Assembly: GCF_964204645.1 (NCBI RefSeq)
Contig: NC_134033.1
Location: forward strand, 1,694,131-1,758,130
Direction: 5' to 3'
Source: Tubulanus polymorphus
Taxonomy: Eukaryota > Animalia > Nemertea
DNA length: 64,000 nucleotides
Shown: piece after piece, positions 52,809-64,000 of the stretch
Numbering within the stretch: position 1 is the first letter of the stretch
Layout of the letters: each line of letters begins with the position of its first letter
Program-made: the position numbers and the translations under genes
Notes under the pieces: generated by a model
What the model saw: only the letters and a program-made list of their open reading frames with translations
Databases searched by the model: none
What the model was told of the DNA's origin: nothing

Positions 52809-54715
52809 TTTGTAGCTCTGGAAGTAAATTCAACCCAATAGTTTAAAATCAAACAATTTCTTTTAAACCATCTGAGACTATAACCGTTCTAAAAAGTGCA
52901 GTGTTAGTAGCCTCAATCGTTGGCGGTATCGCAACACCAGCTATCCCGACAGATTGCGTGATAAACACTCAGCGTAGCGCTGCGCACTCGGTCTAGTGTG
53001 ACAGGGTTTCGTCACGCGTTTAGCAATGTCAACAGGTTCAAATCTGCCGGGAGAGGATGATGTGCGTGGAACTCAATGTTTTGATAACTGGATCCCAAAA
53101 ACTTGAATTCGACCACAAGGGTCTGCAGTTGCACTAAAGCCAGTTGAAGTTAACTGGTATTAAAATGCCAAAGTGACAACTGAAATTGCAATATCACTAC
53201 GGAATTTCGTCACCAGTTAACCTTAAACAATTTTTGACTAAACTAACCCACGGATCAGATTCGAATTGATACAAAGAAGTTGGGTACCAGGTTATCCAGT
53301 ATTTCCAAATGTATAAGTTCACATTAACAAGGCTGAAAACGTCCAAAGACAAGTAGCCAACGATCCTTAGGATTCAATTCTTCTTACCTCTTTATTCAGC
53401 GACAGAAAATGGTTGTATCCAGTCGAGAGAATATGAGCCTCTTTTATACCAGTGTGATCTCACCCACCTGACACTGTGCACACCTGTGCCTGACTCATTC
53501 GATTAAGGCGAAACAATTGAACATGAGTCAAAAGAAAATTCGTCACCTCTTCTTTTGTCTCTGAAGGTATGATAGATTTCACCTGGTGCCCACGTTTGCA
53601 ATGTCATCTGCGATGCGTCCGAAAAGTTGAAAAGGTAACGCGCGCATAACAAAGTTGAAAAGTTGAAAATACGTGAACCTATTCTACTTATTCCAGTTAA
53701 GAATGCGGCTATCATGAAGGCAAAAGCTGAGTTAGACCTAAAAAAGATCATCCATGGAGGTTAGACAATTGAAGAGGTTTCTATAAATTTGGAGTTTATA
53801 TATCTTTAGCAATCTCCATACTTGGACGGTCAAAGGGTCAAAATGATTACTTAAATGATGAAGTCAATAGAATCATCGTTGATTCCGATATATCTAACAT
53901 TGGTGTCGATCAACTTAAGATTGGGCCTACATGAATATCTTAAAATAGATTTTTCCAACTTTGTTCATTTTTCCGAGATTAAAATTCCTAATCTTTTTTC
54001 TTGTACGACAAAAATTTGGAGCCACCTAAATACCGTTGAACGGATTTGGGCCTTCTTTATATACCCCACTCCCTTAATGAATCAAATCAAAGCCACCTAC
54101 AGTTTTACCGATTACGTCATAAGAAAATACATATATTTGATTCTTGTCGTCATAGGTTTTGCATGACTATATACGGAATTCTACGAAGGCGTTTCTGAAA
54201 TGCGCTCGGGAAGGAGCTTCGTACGCGCAGGTTTCCTTAACGTTGATGGATGGTTGTTTAGCACGACCACGTTTGTCGATCCAGAACCGCGGTTAAAACC
54301 GGTACATTCATCACCGAGTCAAACGTGTGTTCGTGACGCCCGACAAGATGGGCCTGGTAGTAGTAACGCAAAAAGACAATAGAATTGCGGAGGACGTCAC
54401 CAAAATTGGGGAATTACATTCATAAAAACGGATTCTCAGTGTCATCATTTACTTCTTCAAGTTCGATGATTTTTGAGCAGATTATTTACTCTGAAGTAGT
54501 ACGTGATTGGCCCAATTCAGCGGTTGCTTTATTCTGGCTTTCGTGTATGTTTCATAGTGGATGCAGTGACGTTGCAAGGGGTTCTGCCAAACTTAACAGT
54601 TAAATACAAGGAGGAGACATATATTTAGAGAATCCCACACTGATATAATGAAAGTCGGAAATATTTTCATCCAGCTATAAATTTATTCATCCGACGTGAC
54701 GACTAATCCTAATGC

Positions 54716-54912
54716 TAATAGTCATCTTCAGGAATACCGAGTAAAACAAAATACGAGGTATATATACAACATCGAGGCTTCTATACCCCGTATTTTGTTT
54801 CACCCAGTATTCCTGAAAATGACTGTAAGGATATAGTCGAAACGTTGAATAAACTACACTAGCTCAAGGAATACAGTATTCCTGAAGATGACTATTAGAA
54901 TATAGTTGAAAC
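54716..54912. ncRNA. Hammerhead-like repeat: one inverted partial copy plus two direct copies
   Basis: TAATAGTCATCTTCAGGAATAC (inverted) at ~54716-54737; direct units at 54807 and 54876 with the same 69-bp spacing. Confidence 0.65.
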
Positions 54913-55980
54913 TTTTTGGACATCATCTTTCGTTATATCAGTTTGGGATTCTCTATATCGCCAAAACACGGCAAAGTGTTTCATCGGTTATCAAGGAGAC
55001 GTGTTTAGATGGCCCTATTCGTCGTGTGAACCATATTTGGCACACATAGATGAAGAAAAACGGTTCGCTACGATTTTGATGATATCACTAAAAAGAAAAC
55101 ACAATACGTGTTCTGTTGTTAAGACAATGATATAGAATCCCATACTAAATAAAAAAGAGTCCAAAATGTGTCATTGAGTTAATGCTTTAATCCAATGTTT
55201 CGATCATCAGGATCATCGATGCCTTGCTACTAACGTCGGCGATATCTATTCTTACAAATCAACCCGTGTAAACAACTTATACAACAAACTAGGACCAATT
55301 AAAATAATGACGAAGAACTCGTTCTTTTTTACTCTAAATGATGTTCTGTCTGTCTGGGCGGGAATGGTGGCTGCCACAAGGTGTGCGTAGGGCATATGGT
55401 AACATGTGTTGTTATTGTTCGCTTTGCATTTTCGAGTAAATCGCAATTCTATCAACATTGTGAAGGTAAATCATAGTAACTAAATCAAATTCGTGATCGC
55501 GCTCTGACAAGTCGACATTGAAAACCTATTCTTCAATTAAACGTCAATTTCTGGAGCTAGAATCTCATCTAGAATACTGTTCCTTGTTGTTTTATTGTGG
55601 TAAGATCTGGAATAATTTCTGGAATAATTTTTTGCGCGTAACTAAATTCGGGACTATCCTGGTGATATTACCTTTCGTGGATTATGAACTTATTTTTCTG
55701 AGAGGTAACTAAGGGAGGTTGGGATTGTCCTCTCCGAATTCCGGAATTCTAATCCAAGCTGGACGTTCGTTTCTACCAGAATACGAATCGATATAGTTCA
55801 TAAACGGAATACGTTCAGTCGAAACCTGCCTAGATTTAAATCTGTAGAATTTGTTTCAAATCTTAACTTAAAACTCGAAATAGATCTACAAGAAAGAAAA
55901 TCATGCCTCGCCCTATTGTTGTGGTATCTAAACCTGCCTTAGAATCCTGATTTCGAAGATTGTTTCCTTTAAGGCTGAAC

Positions 55981-57475
55981 ATGAAGCAGAAAATGAGGTG
56001 TATTATTCTGGTTCTGATAATAACATTCAGCAACATCGTCTATCGCCCTATCAATGCATCGTACTACAACGTAGGTAGGTATCTTATCCTATAGAATAGA
56101 TCCACGTTCTTCAATTTCATTTTTACCCTTTTCTCCCGTTTATACCGTCTTATTCGGTAACATCCTGATAGAAAAGTAATCCATTGTATTCCATTCTATA
56201 ATATGCTTGCTTTGAAATTTCATCCACATCTTAAAATCTCTAATTTCATTCTAATTACTTTATTTATCGTCCATTACCTCCTAGCCCTACTCCATAATTT
56301 GCCATTATATACATGCTTTGTAATAAAAATTTCACCAAACTTCATCCATAGATATCGTTATTTTTTTTCATTGCCTCCTGCTATTTAACCTACTAAACAT
56401 AAGTTTGGATATCCTAGTGAAAAAAGTAACGCAAATTCTAGTTTAAATGCAAGATCGACAGTTCCGTTTTCATGCAAAAGTTTGAGCTCAAAACGGTTGA
56501 GGTTGAATGATTGCCTTTTTTGAAAACATATGCAGTAAAGACTTAGTAATTATACCAAAATTTTAATTTTTTTGTGAAATTGGACCTCGATAATGAAATT
56601 TGATTAATACAATGAATAATTTCTGCAAATTGACTCCGTCTCCGATATCAGCATTAGGTGGTAAATTCAAAATATTCAGAAATACAATATTCTATAATTT
56701 TCTCTCTTCTCTAGCATCTTTGCCAACCGCTTCCTACGGCACTGGTTCCACTAACAGCGGGCTGGGGAAACAAGCCACTAGCGGGTCCTACAGTAACGGG
56801 AACGCCGCTGGAGAATCTACCGGCGGAAGCCAAGCACAATCCGCCACCATCGGCAATCAGGGAACTACGAGCTATAACCAAGGCGGTTCGACCGGAGCGT
56901 CGACGACATTCGGGGGTACCCAAGGGCATTCCTCGGGGGCAGGGAACGGCCAGAAGACCGGTTACGGAACATTGACCGCGTCCGGATCGAGTGGAGGCTA
57001 CGCTAAATCAGCGAATACCGGCTGGGGCAGCCAGGGCGATATATTCACCAAAGGGGGCTACACGGTCCAGAAAGCGTACGCCGGTAAAACGGGTCACGGC
57101 GCTGGGGGTGGAACGAATACCGTATCGACCGCTGGCTCGGCTTCCGGGGTCGGGGCAACGAATAACTACGCCGGAGGCGGTGTAACGCAAACTGTGAAAA
57201 ATGGCGGCTACACTGGTGGACAAAACGTCAACTACGGCACGCAAACCAACGCTGCTAACGGACATACCAACAACAACTTTGGATCGTCGCCCGGCTACAC
57301 AACGGGATACCGGTATCCGGTAAACTATGGAAACCAAGGGAACTACGGTAATAACTACGGCGGATATGGAAACAACTATGGAAACAACTATGGAAACAAC
57401 TATCCCATTTATGGTAATAACTACGGAAACAACTATGGAAATTATGGCCGAGGTAATTACGGAGGTTACTACTAG
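55981..57475 (+). CDS. G6: secreted Gly/Thr/Asn/Tyr-rich protein, second subfamily (284 aa)
   Basis: Exons 55981-56074 (MKQKMRCIILVLIITFSNIVYRPINASYYNV, donor GTAGGT) and 56715-57475, phase 1. Core Trp at 57023-57025; C-terminal GNNY repeats. Confidence 0.8.
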
Positions 57476-58995
57476 TAAAGGATGGTAATGAACATCCCGA
57501 ATCCATGTCATCCATAGTCTAAATAAAACTGTCGAGAAAGAAAAATAGAAATTAATGTTATCCAAATGTGTCTTTATTGTTTTGTTGTCTTGCTTTATTG
57601 CTTCATGTTGAGAGGGAGGAGAAGGTCGCCGCCCTTGGCAGATCAAGTAAAATCGAGAGACCAGGATCCAGAAGGAAATGAAACACATTTCTCGGAAAAG
57701 CGGCCATGTCAAGGGCAACTAGCGGGGCGTTACCCTCGGTATTGAAATGTTTCTGAAGAATTACACAACTACGATAGGATGTCATCATGAGTGTCAAATT
57801 TGCAGGTCCTAACTAGCTGACAAAATAGGCAACCTTAGTAAGCAGGAGTCCTGACCTCGAAACCAACCCCTAATCCACGCCGAGATATTTTTGGCTTCCG
57901 CTCATAACATGAATCCAAATGACTGTACTGGGAGACGTAGTGATGCCGTTTACAAATACCCCACAAATCAGAAACAATACATGGCATACTATCTATCTAT
58001 CTGCTTTGTAAAACGTGAAAACGAATATTCTCCAAAATATGCCGATAAATTACGATAATCAGTCGTTTGAAAATTCGATGACGTCATACGGGGGATTCAC
58101 GGAGCCGAATATCCTTCCTAACACGAGCTACGCATCTTAACGTTCTTTGAGAAAAAAATATCCGTTTACTCAATTGCTCGTTTATCTAGACACGTGACCC
58201 GTATGCGTGTGCGTACTACTGTGGTAAAAATGAACCAATCAGGATCGATTAGGTTTTGAATCAGCGGTCACGTGGGCGATCCGTATGGATGACTAAAAGG
58301 TGGGTGCGATAAATCCGAATCGAGTGACGCGTTGGACATCAATATCTGACAATTCAAACAAAGACGATGAAACAAGCTGTTTCGTAGCGGGGCGATAAGT
58401 CACCGACGCTGTCCCAGCTTAAAGGAACATCCACTGCCGGTGGTATCCGCCGCGCAAAACTGCCTATGATTCACCGTTTTCATTGTCTATATAATAACCG
58501 TTCGCTTTACCTCTGCCGTTCACTAAAGCGCTGCATCCGAAGCAAGGTTCGTAACATTATCTCGAGTCCCGATTTTCGTGACTCTTTGTACAGTGATCTT
58601 TCGTTTACGTCCGAATGTTTTAATCATTTAAAGTAAAATGAGAAATGAAATATCGTTACCATTACTGAAACCTTTGGTAAAACTGAGCAGGATTCGACAG
58701 TCATTATTAACTTCATGTAACTTCACTGGAATCGTTGAAGTTACTGGTAATGAGAAGATCGTCGTTAGTAGCTTACCAAAATCTTACCGAAGCGTTAAAG
58801 TCATTTGAAATAAGAATTGCGTTGTTACTGCTCGAATATCTAATGTTTAATTGCGCCTCGATCATTCTATCCATTATTAAATTAGGCCAATCATTCTATG
58901 GAATGGTTGAACCTATTAGCTATAGCCGGTATATCGAATTACGACGATTATCAATGTAAATTTTATTTCAAGGTTCAGCACTGGACAACATCACG

Positions 58996-60254
58996 ATGAA
59001 ATTGGCAATCTTGGTCATCAGTTTGGTATCGACGGCTAGCGCCGGCTACTATGGTGGTATGGGCGGTATGGGCGGCTATGGTATGTACCAAAAAGGGACA
59101 ATAGTTTTGGTAATATGGATGAGTTGGGGATTAATTAGTAATGACATACTGGGACACTTTTGTCTACCTTATGGAACATTTTTCTGGGGACATTTTTGCA
59201 AGATTGCAAGGATGGCAAGAGAAGTGTTGGTGGTAGGGAGGCTGTTGTAAGGGATGTAAATAGTAATCGCTCGCGTCCATCATACTCATCCATTTTTTTT
59301 CAAATTAAATCCCGAAATATTTTGCTTCTAATTCAAGGCACTGGTGGATACAGTGGCGCCGGGTACGGAGGAGCCGGTTACGGAATGGGCGGTTATGGAG
59401 GAGGTGGATACGGAGGAGGAGGATACGGAGGAGCCGGATATGGAGGAGCAGGAGCTGGATACGGAGGAGCAGGAGCTGGATACGGAGGAGGAGGATACGG
59501 AGGAGGAGGATACGGAGGAGGTGGATACGGAGGAGGTGGATACGGAGGAGGTGGATACGGAGGTAAATAGTTTTTTCACCAACGGCCTAAGGTCGATTCG
59601 GTGAATTCTGCGATGACGATTCAAATGTTTCAGATATAAATTTACTCATTTTCAGGCTATGGAAGAGGTGGGTATTATCCTGGTGGTGGAGCTTATGGCG
59701 GCACTTACGGAGGTCAAGGAACTCGTGGCGTCTACCAAAATAATCAAGCTGGAGCGCAAAATAGCGCTGCCGCACAAAACCAATATGGCGGCGTTGGAAA
59801 CAAGAACCAAAACACCTACAATCAAGGTGGTGCAACCGGTGCCAAAACTAACTACGGAGGAGTTCAATCGCACGGTGCTATGGCTGGCAACAAAAATAAA
59901 CAAGGTTACGGCGCTATGAATGGTCAGGGATCAAGCGGAGGATACCACAAGACTACTGATACCGGTTGGGGAAGTCAAGGATCCATCGGAACCAAAGGAG
60001 GATACGTCGACCAAAATGCTTATGCCGGCAACAACGCTTACGGTGCTGGAGGCGGTGGTCAATCTCACGGATCTCACGGTCACGCAGTCGGAGGTGGAAC
60101 TCAAAATAACTACGCCATGGGAGGAACCTCACAAACTCAAAACCAAGGAGGTTATACCGGAGGTCAAACTGCAGGAACCGGTGCACAAGGCAGCAGTAGC
60201 AGTGCTAATGGTGGTACTAATTGGGGAGCTATCGGTGCCGGCTTTGGTCGTTAA
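58996..60254 (+). CDS. G7: secreted Gly/Tyr/Gln/Asn-rich protein, second subfamily (302 aa)
   Basis: Exons 58996-59080 (MKLAILVISLVSTASAGYYGG...), 59338-59562 (GGGGY repeats) and 59656-60254, all phase 1; core Trp at 59967-59969. Confidence 0.9.
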
Positions 60255-61416
60255 AAAGGTAAATTCTACGTGAAATTTCAGTGCGATAACCAGAGCCAAG
60301 TTAGAATCGATTTTTACTTATGTTTACATCGACTCTGGATACAGTTACGCTGTATCTTCACCCTAGATGTTCCACAAATCAAATACACTCAAGAGCATAG
60401 GAACTATTGAGAAATAGGTCTACAGTGAAATGGAATCGAAGTCTGAAACAAACGTTTAATTGATTTGAATTTATTTCAGATTGCTTCGTGTGTCACGTGG
60501 AGCCGGTTCTAATACTGCATTGAAACATCGACCTTGACATTGCACACAGACGATACAAACACGACGTAAACACAGGCTTCAAATGCTCACGAGAAAAAAA
60601 AACGAGATTTACCAACGAAAAGTTACATTATTTCAAAAACGATATATATTCTAATTCGTAGAATAAAGTTTATATATTTATTTGATAAATTTTTCGTTCG
60701 GAGTATACTGTAAGCATTGTTTCGTAATGGGGGGGGGGGGGAATTCAGGGGTCGGGCTTTCATAGTCAACCAACTCATGGGTCGGGCTTTCATAGTCAAC
60801 CAACTCAGGGGTTGGGCTTTCATAGAGATCGAATAGAGATAACTACCTTCAAAGCGGATAGGGGTGCACATAACAGTATCGTATCGCTTGGACCCGAATC
60901 CTTTCGGACTTCATCACTCACATATCAGTGTGTCAAGAGGAGAGTTGACTGAAGTTCAGTTAGTAACCGAACTGCAGTTTACTCAACAGCTGGACTGCAG
61001 GTTTAGTCAGCAGTTGGACTACAGGTTAAATCAGTAGCAGGATCGATTAGGAAACTTTCTGGATTTCAACTTTATTGTTAAATCAGATTGAGATTCTCTG
61101 TGACTCAGGGCGTTTCACAAATGGTCGTCTTGGTGATGATTATCGCAGCCTCGAAACTTTCATCACATCAGTGTACGCTAACGTTATGTAATTTCAGCAA
61201 AATTATCATCACGAAGCTTTTCTCCCAAATTATAACCATCCGAACAAAGCAGAAAATCGATTCAAGAAACTTTAGTTCGCTGATTATAGAAAATGACTGA
61301 CTATTATGTATAACTAGTCTGGGTGTCGTCGGATAGTTGCCTGTTGATATCGGAATCGATCTTGTAAGAGCGGCGTATCGAAACATCGCTTCTAATATTC
61401 TTCAAGAAATCAAGAC

Positions 61417-62502
61417 ATGAAGACGTCATCGAACACAACGACGATGACAACGCCATCTACCAGCAGGTGTGATCTAGAGAAGGGCAAACCGATCAAAGAG
61501 GACCTTATGATCGGGGTGAATTTGTATATGAGCGTCTATCTAGTGGGTTCGATTGTGGGTATTGTTTTAAACGTTTTAACTATAGCCGTTATTCGTCGAA
61601 TGAAACACAATTCGGCCTACTATCTGATCAAAGTTTTAGCCGTTAACGATATGATGTATTTATGGGGCATTTTCATTCTATATCCGCTTCGTACGAGTTA
61701 CTTATTTGCGGTTTTAGGCGACATTTTGTATCGCGTTGACGACTGGAATTTCGGGAAGGTTTTCATAATGATCGGTATGCCTTTGTATTACGTCTGTTCG
61801 ACGACTCGAAGCTGGTCTCTCGTTTTGTTGAGCGTCGAACGTCTTGTGGTCGTCGGTTTTCCGTTGAAACACCGTCGTTTTTGGACGAGAATTACAGTAA
61901 ATTGCGCAATAGGCGCCATCGTTTCTGTATCAATCGGCGGCCATTTTATTCACCTCCTGCCGGAAATACATATAAAGATTTTAGGATGCCCTTCTTATTG
62001 GCCGTACATAACTACCTACAAGTCTAGGATCACGTATCCATTGTTATCCATGGGTAAGCTATACCAGTGGCGCGTTTGGCTGTCGGAAGTTGTATTCTTC
62101 TTTTCGATTTCCATGTTTGTACCGATGGTTGTCCTGTTGGTGACCAATTCGATCCTAGTCGGCGTCGTAGTCGTCGAGAAAATTCGCAGACGATACATCA
62201 CGGCCGCGGCGGAAGAATCGTTCGCGAAGGAGTGGCGAATTCTACGAATGACCTTGACCGTCGTTATGGCGTACGTGCTACTGGAATTCATGGCGTTAAT
62301 CGATCGAATGTCTACATTTAAAATCATTCACATCTCGTATACAAAAATTGTAAGACCGCTTCTCATAAGGAAGATCGGCATAGCGCTATCAATAGTGGAT
62401 TCTTCGGTGAATTTTCTACTGTACTGCACCACAAACCGACAATTCATTAAAAATACGAAAGCCTTATTTTCATCGGGGAAATCCTTTCAGCAAGCCTCCT
62501 GA
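61417..62502 (+). CDS. Intronless rhodopsin-class GPCR, FMRFamide-receptor/Srw-like (361 aa)
   Basis: Seven hydrophobic segments: TM1 GIVLN, TM2 LAVND, TM3 SVERLVVVGFPL, TM5 FVPMVVLLVTN, TM7 DSSVNFLLYC, helix 8 NRQF. Confidence 0.9.
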   Translation: MKTSSNTTTMTTPSTSRCDLEKGKPIKEDLMIGVNLYMSVYLVGSIVGIVLNVLTIAVIRRMKHNSAYYLIKVLAVNDMMYLWGIFILYPLRTSYLFAVLGDILYRVDDWNFGKVFIMIGMPLYYVCSTTRSWSLVLLSVERLVVVGFPLKHRRFWTRITVNCAIGAIVSVSIGGHFIHLLPEIHIKILGCPSYWPYITTYKSRITYPLLSMGKLYQWRVWLSEVVFFFSISMFVPMVVLLVTNSILVGVVVVEKIRRRYITAAAEESFAKEWRILRMTLTVVMAYVLLEFMALIDRMSTFKIIHISYTKIVRPLLIRKIGIALSIVDSSVNFLLYCTTNRQFIKNTKALFSSGKSFQQAS

Positions 62503-63589
62503 TGCCATGTTCAGGAGCCATCGTTCGACCGAAAAATACAGTTAAGTTACGTTCACTAAAGTTATGGATGCCAGCCGGTCAAGATAAACCTACGGTGAGA
62601 CGTTATTAAAATCACACCGAGTATCCTAGCCGAGCATCGTTTTAGCACTGCCAATTACACTATTAATAATAGCGAATCGTGGATTCATAGATAGTTTAAA
62701 AAATTCTTGAAGGGCACTAGATAATTCTCAAAGATTCAAATGACGACTCAATTCAAAAAGGGTAGACCAAAATTGTCAAAATATATACGATAAAGTGTGT
62801 TACATTCTGCCAACAGTTCAGAATGAGCTCCCCGATATTTTGTTTAGATGACATTTCTCACGCCCGCACTAAAGAGGTTAAAGCAGCGGGAAATTATTAT
62901 TCAGTTCTAGAATCCCTCGATTTGATACACAGAAAATGAACCATTTTTCCAAAGAATTTCATGGGTTTGGACACCAAACACCGGCGTAAAAGGGCTAAAT
63001 GGTTGGATGATACGACCAAATGATTTTTCGCGAATCCTCTTCAATATGCCTTGCCTTTGCCCCCGTCAGAAAATACACGTGCCCTTTTAATTAGTTCCAC
63101 CTGTCTGGATCCGCCCAAGTAATCGTTGGTCTATATATATTTTCCGGGGAAACCGACGATAGTATACTTGCAAGCCGAGTACGACAAATCACAAAAGATG
63201 GCGACGGGTAATAGAATTCGGAAAATCATTTGAAAGTATCTCCGAATCGTTTCTGAAAATCTCCACCTTATAGCACCAAGCAACTCTCGAATGAAATAAA
63301 ACGACTTAAACTCATCCGACGTTGTTCTCGATTTTGTCTTGTATATTCTTTCACGATCAAAACGTTCATAGCGTTACAATAACAACTTACGTTCCTGTTC
63401 AATGTGCTGCCATTTTGTGAAACACCGGGTACATACTCAGGTATGGGAACTTGCTACCCGGGTATGAACTCGGTCGTGCTCAACAGCTATAATCAAATAC
63501 TTACTTGGAATCAACTAAACAAGCTCATGAAAACAATAATCTATTAAAGAATTGCGCGAAAAGATAATAAAGGCTGAAAACATTTCCTT

Positions 63590-63702
63590 AAGCTAGTGGT
63601 GTTTATTCGACGTTTCGACTATATTCTTATAGCCATCTTGAGGAATACTGTTCACGGAGACTATACTAGAATAAAGTCGAAACGTTGAATAAACTACTAG
63701 TT
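63590..63702. ncRNA. Hammerhead-like repeat: inverted full unit plus direct partial unit
   Basis: The minus strand reads TATTCCTCAAGATGGCTATAAGAATATAGTCGAAACGTCGAATA, with the canonical GUC cleavage triplet but a mutated core. A direct GACTAT...AGTCGAAACGTTGAATAAAC follows. Confidence 0.6.
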
Positions 63703-64000
63703 AAAGGAAACATTTTCGGACTTGATATTTTTTTCGTTACTATTGTGGGAGTTTCTACATATTATCGTTACAACACGGATATTATAGTGTTTTATCGATG
63801 GCTCTCGTCAAAACGCCTGAGGCCTGACACAAAACCCTACAGAATTGAGATCTCCGTCATAATTCTACAAGCCACCTTCGATGAAGCTTCGTCCAAATAA
63901 CATTGCGTCTCAAGCTGAACCTATATATAAATACTGCTGTGTGTGCTACAGGTGTTCACTGCGTAGGAATGCGCGTTATAAATCACACCTGGTCCCCGCG

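Noticed and set aside
46163-59337. AAG splice acceptors in G4 (46163) and G7 (59337) as a sign of pseudogenisation
   Set aside because: AAG acceptors are uncommon but valid, and both genes keep intact frames.
60880-60922. Minus-strand TGATGAAGTCCGAAAGGA resembling a hammerhead half
   Set aside because: Lacks the C of CUGA and the closing GAAA box and stems.

Overview
Eukaryotic animal DNA with GT-AG introns; probably a spiralian/lophotrochozoan invertebrate (inference). From left to right it holds: (1) the 5' part of a type-I membrane mucin-like gene (minus, 83-1869); (2) a complete ~30-exon RanBP2/Nup358 gene (minus, ~3865-30854) with TPR region, 4 Ran-binding domains, 2 zinc fingers, an IR/SUMO-E3-like motif, no cyclophilin domain and alternative terminal exons; (3) a ~28 kb cluster of seven secreted Gly/Tyr-rich protein genes, five on minus (G1-G5) and two on plus (G6-G7), most of them missed or mis-framed by the ORF track; (4) an intronless FMRFamide/Srw-like rhodopsin GPCR, with decayed GPCR pieces behind G2, G3 and G4. 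Main result: the seven proteins share a gap-free, length-invariant core of up to ~190 aa centred on one Trp. G1-G5 all have exactly 91 residues after that Trp, and aromatic residues tend to face Gly/Ala when the core is mirrored about it. This looks like a two-subfamily, register-constrained extracellular fibre or biomaterial system that I do not recognise as described. Also present: tandem minimal hammerhead-ribozyme repeats (Penelope/retrozyme-like) and several intronic minisatellites built from MITE or SINE pieces. All gene models were spliced by eye, so minor exon coordinates may be off by a few bases.
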